DNA of 63,975 nucleotides, counting the filler. It is 8 parts of 8 records of this genome, joined end to end, with 100 filler letters (N's around TTAATTAATTAA, not from the genome) between each part and the next. Parts side by side here need not be neighbours in the genome. Positions count along the whole stretch, not along the records: positions 52,141 to 57,515 come from SRR31147125_28339; positions 57,616 to 63,975 come from SRR31147125_28399; 6 more parts are not named here. One strand, given 5' to 3'. Shown here piece after piece: positions 53,405-63,975 of this stretch (position 1 is its first letter; every line of letters begins with the position of its first letter). Position numbers and translations under genes: made by a program. The notes below the pieces were generated by a model. It had not been told where the DNA came from, ran no database searches, and saw only the letters and a list, made by a program, of their open reading frames with translations.

Positions 53405-53441
53405 AACTCCGTACCGAACACGACTCTCTTCACCTTTTATC

Positions 53442-54393
53442 ATGATTGACATCGGCGGACGCACTATCTCCGGCCCTCTCGTGCTTGCCCCTCTGGCAGG
53501 ATATTCTGATTTACCGTTTCGCCTGCTGTGTCGCCAGTTCGGAGCCTCCCTGGCAGTATCCGAAATGATCAGCTGCCACGGCCTTGTATACGGTCAGGCG
53601 AAAACCCGGGCAATGCTGGCGAGCTGCGCAGAAGAGCGACCGGTCTCCTTTCAGCTGTTCGGCGCCGACCCGCAGGTGATGGCCGAGGCGACGGCGATCC
53701 TGGCAGAACATGATCCGGACTTCATCGACATCAACATGGGCTGCCCTGTCAAAGGTCACAAAACGGGGCGCTGGAGCCGCACTGATGGGTGACCCTCGGC
53801 TCGCCGCCCGGATTACCCGGTCCGTGGTTGAAAACAGCAGCTGTCCGGTTACCGTCAAATTCCGATCCGGCCCGGATAGCGCCAGCATCTGCGCAGTAGA
53901 TTTCGCACTGATGATGGAGGAGTGCGGGGCGGCGGCCGTCGCGGTTCACGGTCGCACGTGGAAGCAGGCATTCTCAGGTCTTGCCGACTGGCAGGTTGTC
54001 GCCGACGTTGTCCGGCGCGTGTCTATACCCGTGTTCGGCAACGGCGACATCGAGACCTGTGACCAGGCTCACCAGAGAATGCAGCAGACAGGATGCAGCG
54101 GGGTTCTGATCGGCAGGGGGGCAATCGGCAACCCCTGGGTGTTCAGCCGGGAAGGCAGGCCTGCCGACTCCTCCGCCATTATCCAGATTGTACTGAAACA
54201 CATGGACCTGGTGGAACATGTAAACGAAAACCAGGGAAAGGGGCTGGGAAACATCAAGAACCACCTCGGAAAATATTTCAGAAATATTCCCGGCAGTGCG
54301 CAATTCAGGAAAAAGGTCTATGAGCAGCCCGACTGGAGCAGCCTGCGGTCGTTTATCCAGTCGTGCGATTCTCTGCACGTCACTCCAGCATGA
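53442..54393 (+). CDS. dusB: tRNA-dihydrouridine synthase (DusB-like), frameshift near 53752
   Basis: LAPLAGYSDLPFR, DINMGCPV | KV..GAGAALM, VTVKFRSG, VHGRT, GNGDI, IGRGAIGNPW. Confidence 0.88.
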
Positions 54394-54440
54394 GCACCAG
54401 CAGTTGATTACCACCTCCTGATACGGCAGGACTGGGCCAG

Positions 54441-56968
54441 CTACATCATATTTTCAGGATCGATGTCGACCAGTATGGTCGTATCTGATCTTGTTTTAAA
54501 ACCGGTCAGAATCCAATCGGTCACCCCATGCAGCTGGGCGAAGTGCTCTGATTTGAGCAATACCTGCCACCGGTAGGTATCACGCAGCTTTTCGAGCGGC
54601 GCCGGCGCCGGCCCCAGCACCGTGACCGTGCGGTCCGTGTCGTAACGCCGGCACCAGTGGTTGATGCCATCGCACAATTCGATCCCCGATTTTTGTGCAC
54701 GATGATTGTTCGGATTCTCAATTATTACGAGAATCAGGCGGGAAAACGGCGGAAATCAATTTCCGAGCGGATTTTCAGCTCTGTTTCGATCAGTTTTGCG
54801 TAGCCCTGACGTGCGGCGAGCGCCACCGCGTAATGATCCGGCTGCATGGTCTGGATGATGACCTTGCCTCCCGTTTCTCCCCTTCCCGCCCGCCCGGTGA
54901 CCTGGGTGATCAGCTGATAGGTTTTCTCTGCAGCCCTGAAATCGGGGAACCCGAGCCCGCTATCCGCCATAATTACCCCGACCAGCGTAACGCCGGGAAA
55001 ATGGAGCCCTTTGGCAATGATCTGCGTACCGATCAATATGTCAATTTCCCCTTCCTTCATCTCCTTCAGAATTGCAAGAAACCGTTTCCGGTCCGATGCG
55101 ATATCTGAGTCGAGCCGGGCGACTCTCGCGTCGGGAAGAATGGTGTCGATCTCATTTTCGACGCGCTCCGTGCCGAATCCGACAGGGTGCAGGTCAGGCG
55201 AACCACAGTCCCGGCAATGGGTGTCGGCACCCTCCTGAAATCCACAATAATGGCACATCAACACGTTTTTTTGTTTGTGCAGGTTGAGTGTCACCTTGCA
55301 GTGATTGCACTCGACGAATGCGCCGCAGCTCTTGCAGATAACCGATGTCGAAAACCCGCGTCGGTTCAGCAGGAGTATCGATTGATGGTTCTGCTGCAGG
55401 TTGGTTTCAAGTGCCGTCCGCAGCGTCTGGTGGAAAAGCGGAACCGCCTTCCTCCCATTACCCGCGGCTTCTTTGAGATCGACAAGTACCGCTTCGGGCA
55501 ATGTCCTCTCACCAATACGCCGGGTAAGCTCCACAAGCCGGAACTTCCCGGTACGGCTGTGATGATAGCTGGTCACGGATGGAGTTGCAGAACCGAGGAT
55601 AACCGTGCAGCCGCACTGCTTTCCCCGAACGAGGGCCAGGTCGCGTCCGTTGTAGCGAAGCCGGTCGGCCTGTTTATAACTCGCGTCATGCTCCTCGTCG
55701 ACGACGATCAACCCGATGTCGCGAACCGGCGCAAAAACAGCAGAACGAGCCCCGATCACGATTGTTGCAGCCCCGTTGAGAATTCGCCACCATTCGTCAA
55801 ACCGCTCCCCCGGGCTCAAGCCGGAATGCAGAAGCGCGACTATGTCCCGGAAGCGCGAAATAAAATGAGCCTCGATCTGTGTCGCCAGTGCGATTTCAGG
55901 CACCAGCACGAGAACCGACTTCCCCTTCTCCAGCGCCTTTTCGGCTGCGCGCAGATAGACTTCGGTCTTACCGCTGCCGGTGACCCCATGAAGCAAAAAC
56001 GGCTGATACCGTGCATCGTCCATCGCTGCATGTATCTGCGCGAGAGCCGCCGCCTGTTCGATGCTCAGTTCGTCCGGCCGTGAGTAATAGGGAAGCAGCT
56101 CACCTAACGGGGTGCGATAGATTCTTCGCGTGTTCTCGATAACAAGGTGATCCTCTATCAGTCCTTTGATCGCCCTTGCCCCATAGGGATACCGGGCAAT
56201 GAACTCCCTGCGTGGAACACCCTCCCTTCCGTCGATCTCACGAGCGAGGTTTTCTATGAGGCGTAAACTTTTCAATTCCGCCTTGCGCATGGTTCGCTGC
56301 GGCCATCCGCTTCCCGTTGTCTCGGCATCGTCGCCCCACTCACGGATCTGCTGTTCGATAACCGGCTCGAGAAGATAGCACCGCTCGAGTTTACTGGAAA
56401 CTTTGTCCCGCTTCAACTCCGTATGGACTCCTACGATGCCCCCGGCCTCGAGCAGCTCGACATCTTTTCGGAGTTTTCTCTTCGAAAACAGCGTTTGCAC
56501 GGAACGGCCGCTGATTTCCCCGTCGCGGAGCAACCGGGCAAACCACTCCGTCCCCGATATGGAGTCGGGAACAGCGTGCTCATCATAATCTTTCCCGTTT
56601 TCAAGAAGAACTATCGTTTTCTGGGGAGTGGCGCTCATGCCGGAAGGCAGGGCGGACTTGATCACCAGGCCCAGCGGATAATGGTAATAGTCTGCAACCC
56701 ACCGGAACAGACCGATCAGCTCATCCGGAAACAATCTCTCGGGGTCAATAACTTCGGTGACCGGTTTGATTGTAAAGTCACCGTCCTCACCGTGTTCGGC
56801 GCACTCCGCGAGAACATATCCGATGACCCGCCTCGCACCGAACGGAACGACCACGCGTTTGCCCACCAAATCCGGGGAATCGGAACGATCGGCCGATTCA
56901 TGGTGAGGAGTCGAATAGGTGTAGGTCTGCCTGACCGGAGCACAGACGGCTACCTCCAGTACCGTCAT
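54441..56968 (-). CDS. priA: Primosomal protein N' (PriA), frameshift(s) near 54690-54745
   Basis: HGVTGSGKTEVY, DEEHD, SATPS, Cys clusters, GTQIIAKGLHFP, AGR; LGPAPAP..YRWQ..DIDP tail in a separate frame. Confidence 0.92.
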
Positions 56969-57515
56969 AGGGTCTTGGCGATCTCCTTGATATGCTTCTT
57001 GAACGGTTCGCCGAGCTCGTCATGCCGCAGCGCGTAATCTATAATCGCCTGCAGGTAACCGAATTTGTCCCCTGCATCAAAGCGGGTTCCGTCGAACTCG
57101 TATGCATACATCTCCCGCTTGTTTGACAGCGCGAGCGGCATCGGTGAGCTGGATTTCACCGCCGTGACCGGGAGTAGTATTGCTCAGGATATCGAAGATT
57201 TCCGGCATCAGAATATATCTGCCGATAATCGCCAGATCCGAATCGGTCATGCCCGGAGCCGGTTTTTCGACCATCCGCTTAACCTTGTGCGTCCGCTCTC
57301 TCCCGTTATCCTCACCCTCGACAATGCCGTACTGGTACGTCTGGTCAGGTGGCACCCGCTGTACCGCAACAATGGATTCCCCGACTTCCCGGAATAATTC
57401 AAGCATCTGCCAGGCGCAGGGAACGTTGCTCGATACCAGATCGTCGCCGAGACAAACCATGAATGGTTCGTTGCCGACGATATGCCGCGCGGTCCAGATC
57501 GCATGGCCAAGCCCC
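56965..57515 (-). CDS. galU: UTP-glucose-1-phosphate uridylyltransferase (5' truncated, frameshift near 57135)
   Basis: GLGHAI, LGDDL, YGIV, VEKP, IIGRYIL, GGEIQLTDA, RFDAGDKFGYL. Confidence 0.9.
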
Positions 57516-57615
57516 NNNNNNNNNNNNNNNNNNNNNNNNNNNNNNNNNNNNNNNNNNNNTTAATTAATTAANNNNNNNNNNNNNNNNNNNNNNNNNNNNN
57601 NNNNNNNNNNNNNNN
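57516..57615. other. Artificial contig spacer
   Basis: N44-TTAATTAATTAA-N44. Confidence 0.99.
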
Positions 57616-57616
57616 T

Positions 57617-58093
57617 CACGGCATTGCCCATATTCGGCTGGCCACGGAATCGGGCGTCCGTGCAGATACCGCTCACCCCTTCTGGGCATGCGGATTCCCC
57701 GATATTGCAACCGTTCACAACGGACAAATTACCAATTATTGGATCATGCGGCGTCGCCTGGAGCGAAAAGGCATGACTTTTCAGACGCAAAACGACACGG
57801 AACTCATTGCGATCTATTTAGCCTATCAAATGAGCCGGAGTGCCTCTTTGGAGGATGCCCTCAAAGCCTCTCTGGAAGATTTGGACGGCACCTTTTCCTA
57901 CCTTGTCGCCACAAAGGATGCCATCGGGTATGCCAAAGACAAGCTGGCTGCCAAACCCATGGTCAAATTTGAGAACGACGAAATGATCGCCATCTCCTCG
58001 GAAGAGGTGGGACTCAATCGACTTTTCCCCGGGAAAGCCCTCGAAACCAGCGAACCTCCCCCTTTCAGCTACGGACTCTGGACAAAAGAATAA
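57617..58093 (+). CDS. glxB: Class II glutamine amidotransferase-like protein GlxB/MgsA (5' truncated)
   Basis: HIRLATES, AHPF, VHNGQITNY, NDTE, LDGTFSY, KP. Confidence 0.8.
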   Translation, partial: HGIAHIRLATESGVRADTAHPFWACGFPDIATVHNGQITNYWIMRRRLERKGMTFQTQNDTELIAIYLAYQMSRSASLEDALKASLEDLDGTFSYLVATKDAIGYAKDKLAAKPMVKFENDEMIAISSEEVGLNRLFPGKALETSEPPPFSYGLWTKE

Positions 58094-58158
58094 GCGGGCC
58101 AAGCGCGACAACCGGGAACCAATTAAATTTCAGTCCCCACATACATTTCAGCATTATT

Positions 58159-58192
58159 CTCCCCCTCTCCATGGAGAGGGGCCGGGGTGAGG
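58159..58192. repeat. REP-like palindromic element
   Basis: CCCCTCTCCA-TGGAGAGGGG-CCGGGGTGAGG. Confidence 0.6.
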
Positions 58193-58256
58193 TTTTGTTT
58201 CGACAATCCTCCTCAGATCATAAGGACAGACTCAAACAACAAGAGGAAGAACAGCC

Positions 58257-60536
58257 ATGGCAACCATCGATCTTGCGACCATACCCATCCGAACCGCCAA
58301 CGAGGTGATCCGGGGCTATGGCGCGACCCACCAGGATATTGAGATCATCAATCCCGACGCCAGACACTATATTGCCGTGGGTCTGACCAATCCCGTAAAG
58401 GTCGCCATCCATGGATCTGCCGGATATTTTTGCGGTGGCCTCAGTGACGGCCCTCATCTTTCCATCGAAAACAACGTCAGCTGGGGCGTTGGAGACAACA
58501 TGCTCTCCGGCAGCATCGTGGTTGGGGGAAATGCCGGTGCCATTGCCGGTGAAGCCCTCAGAGGCGGCGAGATTGTCATCAAAGGCAACATGGGCTCCCG
58601 GGCAGGCCAGGTGATGAAAAAAGGAACCCTCTGCTGTGCCGGTAATTCCAGCTTCATGGCCGGTTATATGATGTACGGCGGTCGGATGATTATTCTCGGC
58701 AACTCAGGTGAAAAGGTGGGAGAAAACATGGCCGGTGGTGAAATCTTTGTGGGCGGCACCATCGACTCCCTAGGGGCCGATACAAAAGTCATCGCTCCCA
58801 CTGCGGATGAGATTGAAGAGATCACGCGGTTTCTAAAGCGATACAGTCTTTCCTGCACCCCCTCTTCAGGTTCATTTCAAAAGGTGGTATGTGCCGGTAA
58901 AGATCTCAGCTACGGCAAAGCCGAACCCCGCCTTAAAAGCATCCCCTTTACCCGTTTTTCCGGTGAACGCACCCCTTGGTGGAACGAAAAGGTGCAAGAG
59001 GATATTCGGGTCAAAAGTGAAATCGGACGCTACAGAGTCCGGGGATACGGCACCTCACGCCCTCTCCCCCACTTCAACGACATTGCTTTCAAGCAGGATC
59101 TCAGTCTGAAACTCAACAACTTAAAGTTAAATGAGTTACATAAGACGCTCCGGCTATCTGAATCTAAATGCCCATCAAACGATCAACATGCCGTCCCCAC
59201 TGAAAAGCCAATCAACAACGATGCCATGCCCAATAACGGCAGCTCCTGCCCAATGCAGCCTTTTACTGCGGATTTGAGAACATTTATCGGTGCAAGAAAC
59301 GGCGGAAAAGCACTCGATTTAAGCATGCCGGTCATGATTGCTCCCATGAGTCTCGGCGCTTTGAGTCCAAAAGTAAAAACTGCGTTGGGCATTGCCTCCC
59401 GCCTCTCCGGTATTTGCGAAAATACCGGAGAGGGAGGCATGTATTCCGTGGAGCGGGCAGAAGCACAACAGCTCATCGCCCAATGTCTTTCCGGCCGATT
59501 GGGATGGAATATCCATGACATGAAACGCGCCGATGCCATCGAGCTTTACATCTCCCAAGGTGCCAAACCCGGCCTTGGAGGACAGCTCATGGCAGCCAAA
59601 CTCACCCGGGAAATCGCCGACATGCGCGGCATCCCCCATGGGATGGATCTGCGTTCTCCCTCCAGACACCCGGATGTGTTGGGCGGAGACGATCTCATCA
59701 TGAAGGTGGCAGAGCTCCGGGAGGCGGTTGGATGGCGGCTTCCCGTCAGTCTGAAACTCGGTGGCGGCCGTACCAGGGATGATGTGAAGATCGCCTATAA
59801 GGACGGCATCGACTATGTCGCGCTGGATGGGCTGCAGGGCGGCACCGGCGCCGGTGGCAATGAAGTGATCGAATATGTGGGGATCCCCACCATCTCCGCC
59901 CTGATGGAGGCCATGGACGGGCTGGATGAAATCGACGCCCGAGGCAAGCTTCCCATTGTACTCATGGGGGGGATCCAAAACGGGACGGATGCAGCCAAAG
60001 CCATTGCGCTTGGTGCCACAGCTGTTGCCTTGGGAACGCCCATGCTGGTTGCGGCCGGATGTACCGGCTGTATGCAGTGCAGTACCGGAAGCTGCCCTTT
60101 AGGAATCACCACCCAGACGCCGGAGTTTGTGGAACGATTCGATGTGGAGAAGCAGGCGCTTGCCATGCACAGTTACCTGGAGTCCTTCAGATGGCAACTG
60201 GCTGCCGTCACCACGGCATTGGGACGGTCAAATATCCATGAACTCTGCCGGGATGATCTGGTGGCCCTCACGCCGGAAGCCTCTGCGTTGACGCGTCTTC
60301 CTTACGCACCGGAATATGGAGAACCAAGCTATTCCCTATCCATCGATCTATACGACGAAGAGCGCGAAACGGAAGCCATGGATTCAAAGCCCGATGCCGG
60401 TGACATGCCCCCCATGGACAATGACGGACCGATGGCGGAATCGCCCCATGGAATCCCACTGCCTCCCCCACCGGCAAAAAAGAAACCGGATCCGCCACAT
60501 TTCCAAAACGCTCCCGTGATATCATCAAACGGATGA
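58257..60536 (+). CDS. GlxC(GXGXG)-GlxD(FMN glutamate-synthase-like) fusion; probably continues into 60482-61662
   Basis: N-terminal GSAGYFCG/GNAG/GENMAGG repeats; APMSLGALS, TGEGG, QGAKPGLGG, DGLQGGTG, CTGCMQCSTGSCPLGITTQ. Confidence 0.88.
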   Translation: MATIDLATIPIRTANEVIRGYGATHQDIEIINPDARHYIAVGLTNPVKVAIHGSAGYFCGGLSDGPHLSIENNVSWGVGDNMLSGSIVVGGNAGAIAGEALRGGEIVIKGNMGSRAGQVMKKGTLCCAGNSSFMAGYMMYGGRMIILGNSGEKVGENMAGGEIFVGGTIDSLGADTKVIAPTADEIEEITRFLKRYSLSCTPSSGSFQKVVCAGKDLSYGKAEPRLKSIPFTRFSGERTPWWNEKVQEDIRVKSEIGRYRVRGYGTSRPLPHFNDIAFKQDLSLKLNNLKLNELHKTLRLSESKCPSNDQHAVPTEKPINNDAMPNNGSSCPMQPFTADLRTFIGARNGGKALDLSMPVMIAPMSLGALSPKVKTALGIASRLSGICENTGEGGMYSVERAEAQQLIAQCLSGRLGWNIHDMKRADAIELYISQGAKPGLGGQLMAAKLTREIADMRGIPHGMDLRSPSRHPDVLGGDDLIMKVAELREAVGWRLPVSLKLGGGRTRDDVKIAYKDGIDYVALDGLQGGTGAGGNEVIEYVGIPTISALMEAMDGLDEIDARGKLPIVLMGGIQNGTDAAKAIALGATAVALGTPMLVAAGCTGCMQCSTGSCPLGITTQTPEFVERFDVEKQALAMHSYLESFRWQLAAVTTALGRSNIHELCRDDLVALTPEASALTRLPYAPEYGEPSYSLSIDLYDEERETEAMDSKPDAGDMPPMDNDGPMAESPHGIPLPPPPAKKKPDPPHFQNAPVISSNG

Positions 60537-61662
60537 CCCGAACGGCCAATCATGACTTTGACGCCCAGCAGCGGATCATGGAAATGGCCCTTCCGGGAAG
60601 GCCCAATCCTTTTCCGCCCACCCGTGACGCCCATCTGGACGATGTGGTGTTTCTCTCTGCCGCCCTGACCCGCTTGGTGATCGACCCCTATCGAGAGGCG
60701 TGTAACACCCGAACCCGCCTTACCCGAAGTATCGATATCGGCCCTATCGCCCCGGATACCCCGATGGTAGAGTTGGCCCACCCGTTTCTTTTTACCGGAT
60801 TCGATGACGCCCCACAGGTCGTAAAAACGGCCCTTGCAAAGGCGGTGACGGACTGCGGTTGCGCCTATATTGGCCGTGCACCTCTGGTGGATCCCTCAAT
60901 CACGAATTTCGATTCATCTCATAGCCAGACCTGGTTTCAACTGCTTCTACCGGAGGATATCCCCTCGCCCAAGGCCTCCGGCCTCATCCATGTCCCCGGT
61001 AGAAGCCCACTTCAAATGGAACGGATCGAACGTCTGCATGCCAATCAGCTGTTGGGGATTTGCGCAGACAGTAAGAACCTCCCCACGATACTTCCCTATG
61101 CACTGAGCAATGCCTTGGATATTCTGATTTTAGATACCACAACAGCCATTGGGGAGGCCCATGGGGAACTGGAAAGAGCATTTGATCTCACACTGATCAG
61201 AGATACCATTTTCCGTCTTCGATCCTTAAAAAAGGAAGAAGAAATTTGCCTGATCAACTTCGGCGGCATGCGTTCCGGTACCGATGTTGCAAAATTGCTG
61301 GCGCTGAACTGTAACGCATCCATCTTTGGTGCTGCCATGGCCTTTGCTTTGGGGGGAGTGTAGAAAAAGGGAAATTTCAATTTCCGGAAGCGCCTCAAGG
61401 CGACCGGAAATGGCTGAAAGGGCCTCTATCTTCTTCGGGTTCGGGAAATACGAACGCCTCTTCATATGAAGAGGCGCTGTATGAAGCTGCGGTGAATTGG
61501 ATCAAGGGAAGCTCCCAGGAAACGGCCATCATTGCCAGATGTGCCGGCAAAACCAACATTCATAACCTGGAACCTGAGGATATGCGTTCCATCTCCATTG
61601 CCACGTCAGAAGCGCTTGGGCTCGCATTGACATCCGGAGCGGTGAAACGGAAAAAATTCTGA
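60482..61662 (+). CDS. Second, degenerate GlxD-like domain (frameshifts near 60480 and 61355)
   Basis: GSATFP, HLDDVVFLSAALTRLVIDPYRE, GGMRSGTDVAKLLAL, then IARCAGKTNIHNLEPED in the shifted frame to TGA 61662. Confidence 0.75.
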
Positions 61663-61663
61663 A

Positions 61664-63712
61664 TCAATAATCCCAACCCGTTCCATTTAAAGCAAAACTG
61701 CCGCCGATCTTACGATCTTGATGGCTGAAGTAAGGAATAACCCCCACATCGGCCTCAATGTGGATTCCGTATGAGATTCCCCCAAACTCAGGGGGCTGCC
61801 GCAGTTCTTCCATTTCATGAAGGGAAAATGAAGTCTTACCGTAAGACGGTATTTCAAATGGGATCAGTGTCGGATCATTTCCATCGTCATAGAAGATTGA
61901 TACGGTTCCTACGGAAGAAATCGTCGACGGATTGAATATTTCAAGATGTTCCTGGACACTGCCGAGATTTGAATCCCGATATCCTTCGGCAAATTCCCAA
62001 TATCGGTGAGGTGTTTTCTGAAACCTGATGCCTTCCATTTTACCGGCCTCAGCGTGAATGAAATTGGCAACCAGGGGGGCTTCCTGTCTGTCGTACCAGT
62101 AGTAATCCCGATACGCTTTGTACTCAACCGCATAGGGAATATCAGATCTTGTAACCAATCCACTGGTCAATGTGATACCGTTCCACCTGCCGTAACCGGC
62201 AACATAGTGCTCCATGGTGTGAGTGATTCCGTCAGCATAGTGAATGCTTAACTCCAAATCGATACCAAAATCATTGAGATTGAGAAGATCGACAAATTCG
62301 AAATTAATATCATTTTTCAACCCTTCTGCAACATATCCCGAACTCTCACCGAAATTGGGAGACGCCATGAAAAGCATGCCATCGCCAAAAGCGTCATCAT
62401 ATCTTGAAAGCGCCGCCACGACCGGTATATCGGACATCATTGTTACGCCATAGGCATAGGGAAAAAGGTCTTCATCGATAAATTCATGAATATTTAATGT
62501 GGCTCTTTGCTTTCCTCCGATTCGAATGATCAACTCCCCTTCCGGCCATGGATTGGGATGAAGATTGACCGCCACTTCGGCAAAGCCGTCATTGGGATTG
62601 AAAATGGAGAGGAGATCCCGTGTATGATCCGTTGCATACCCTTCCGCCACACTCCATCGGGTACTTGTGGTACTGGTAAAATTGGCTCCCAATGCTCTTC
62701 CGTTTTCGTAATGAATCAATGTCGCCGTCACTAGCCGATCGGTTTTCAAAACGGTTGAGAATTTCTTTTCCGATTCGATGCCGAGATCCGACAGGATCAG
62801 GGTGGATCTTTGATGGGGCGGGAAAGTCACCGGATAGGACGCTGACGTACCGTCTTCATAGTAGATATAACACGTTCCGTTTGCTCCCTGGGTGGAACTG
62901 TTGAGTACCCCGACATACGCCATAATTCCATCATCGAGATTTCCTTTGGGCATATAGAGCGTATACATCCCATCTTCATCTGTAGGATCATCCGTCACCA
63001 ACGCCTGGGGATCGAATTCAAACTCATCCACCTCAATGGCAACATACACACCGGGATATTCCTGCCCTTCGTAATAATTCCAATATCTCTCGATATCGAC
63101 TCCGAATGAAACACTTCCCAAGTTGAGATAATCCGGTGTCCAATCCGTTCCCAAGCGATCCTGCCAGTCAATCTCGAGGGCACCGTCGATATATAATTGC
63201 AGCCCCTCCTTATCCCCGACAAGACGATACTCATGAAACTGACGGGTATCGATTTCGATCTCCTGATAATACCCATCCAACATCACTTTCCCGTCATAAA
63301 TGACTAATTTGGTCAAACGAAGGTCATCCGATGCTTGAATATATGCCACTGCCACGTCCTTTGTATCGGTAACGTTCGGATCTGCAATCTCCTGATTTTC
63401 ATACTGCAAAATCATCGCTTCCGTCACACGCAGGGTGCTCTTTATCACCCATCCGGTGTCATTGTACTCCGTGGTATCAAATTGAGGGGAAAAAAGGTAT
63501 GAGCTGTTGCTCTCAATACCCAGAATCCCTTCATTCAACCATGATGAACCGACGCCATGATAGCTGATGCTCACATCAGCCCCCTCATCCTGAGGATGCG
63601 TATCCATGTCATATACAATCGGCGCGGCAAAGAGACTCCCTGTCACAAAAAACGACAAACAGAATGAGACAATAAAAAACGTTAGTTTCCTTTTCATACT
63701 TTTTCTCCCCAA
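61664..63712 (-). CDS. Secreted protein with lectin-like N-domain and four (W/Y)xxAEG..NP repeats
   Basis: Signal peptide ending LFA; FHEYRL..LYIDG; repeats LYMPKG..LNSS, WSVAEGY..IFNP, YVAEGL..LNLN, WEFAEGY..IFNP. Confidence 0.75.
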   Translation of the reverse strand: MGRKSMKRKLTFFIVSFCLSFFVTGSLFAAPIVYDMDTHPQDEGADVSISYHGVGSSWLNEGILGIESNSSYLFSPQFDTTEYNDTGWVIKSTLRVTEAMILQYENQEIADPNVTDTKDVAVAYIQASDDLRLTKLVIYDGKVMLDGYYQEIEIDTRQFHEYRLVGDKEGLQLYIDGALEIDWQDRLGTDWTPDYLNLGSVSFGVDIERYWNYYEGQEYPGVYVAIEVDEFEFDPQALVTDDPTDEDGMYTLYMPKGNLDDGIMAYVGVLNSSTQGANGTCYIYYEDGTSASYPVTFPPHQRSTLILSDLGIESEKKFSTVLKTDRLVTATLIHYENGRALGANFTSTTSTRWSVAEGYATDHTRDLLSIFNPNDGFAEVAVNLHPNPWPEGELIIRIGGKQRATLNIHEFIDEDLFPYAYGVTMMSDIPVVAALSRYDDAFGDGMLFMASPNFGESSGYVAEGLKNDINFEFVDLLNLNDFGIDLELSIHYADGITHTMEHYVAGYGRWNGITLTSGLVTRSDIPYAVEYKAYRDYYWYDRQEAPLVANFIHAEAGKMEGIRFQKTPHRYWEFAEGYRDSNLGSVQEHLEIFNPSTISSVGTVSIFYDDGNDPTLIPFEIPSYGKTSFSLHEMEELRQPPEFGGISYGIHIEADVGVIPYFSHQDRKIGGSFALNGTGWDY

Positions 63713-63975
63713 TTATCACCAACCGGTCGGGACTGAAAACCCGACATAATGAAAATGAGCCATCCCGGCAAACAGTCAGGACGTTACCCATATTAAAAAA
63801 TCGACTTTAAACAAATATCCCATTTGTTCGCAAATGGCAAGCTAATTTCCTACACATTCCTAAGGATCCACGTGAAAACAAACTGCCTAACTTATTTTTG
63901 ATTTTTCATAAAATCAATAAGCAGCAGTACAAACTCGAGCGTCAAAACTTCTCTTTTTTCATACCACATGTAGAG

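Noticed and set aside
55187-57037. Long antisense ORFs (298 aa, 204 aa) and similar shadow ORFs in GC-rich contigs
   Set aside because: They overlap well-conserved genes on the opposite strand and have no recognisable motifs.
10350-57615. Seven identical N-flanked TTAATTAATTAA motifs
   Set aside because: Artificial contig linkers; genes on either side are not neighbours, so cross-contig systems were not inferred.
13380-61360. Frameshifts in ArnT, trmFO, topA, udp, leuS, dusB, priA, galU and glxD' as pseudogenes or programmed shifts
   Set aside because: They occur in several different genomes, mostly at homopolymers and in essential genes, which is typical of indel-prone sequencing.

Overview
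The window is not one locus. It is eight unrelated bacterial contigs joined by artificial 100-bp spacers (44 N + TTAATTAATTAA + 44 N), as in a concatenated metagenome, and the gene content suggests an anoxic source. A (1-10349): FKBP PPIase, a PlsA/Ger-like 1.3-kaa CoA-activase fusion next to glpK and a GlcD-like FAD enzyme, a JAB-motif orphan, csp and many REP-like palindromes. B (10450-16184, Bacteroidota-like): three ArnT/GT39 glycosyltransferases. C (16285-26593, Clostridia-like): dprA-topA-trmFO-hslV-hslU-htpG-miaB-MBL hydrolase-dipeptidase. D (26694-35312, Desulfobacterota-like): HDOD, amidohydrolase, GntR, ThDP enzyme and TAXI-TRAP transporter. E (35413-42700): csp, lipoprotein, LysR and an array of orphan Lys-rich proteins, three of which share an N-terminal motif. 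F (42801-52040, Clostridia-like): SorC regulator, UroD/MtaA-family methyltransferase, udp, nucleoside hydrolase, MFS, ECF, a ChlD-like pseudogene and an interrupted tRNA-Leu-like fragment. G (52141-57515): leuS-lptE-dusB, priA, galU. H (57616-63975): glxB and a probable GlxC-GlxD-GlxD' fusion (N-methylglutamate synthase-like), plus a secreted repeat protein. Many genes have 1-2 nt frameshifts, mostly in homopolymers, which are most likely sequencing errors. Best novelty candidates: the orphan effector-like array (E), a putative methylated-nucleoside salvage/demethylation operon (F), the doubly interrupted tRNA (F), the ether-lipid-type operon (A) and the triple glx fusion (H). Taxonomic and functional calls come from motif recognition only; no searches were run.
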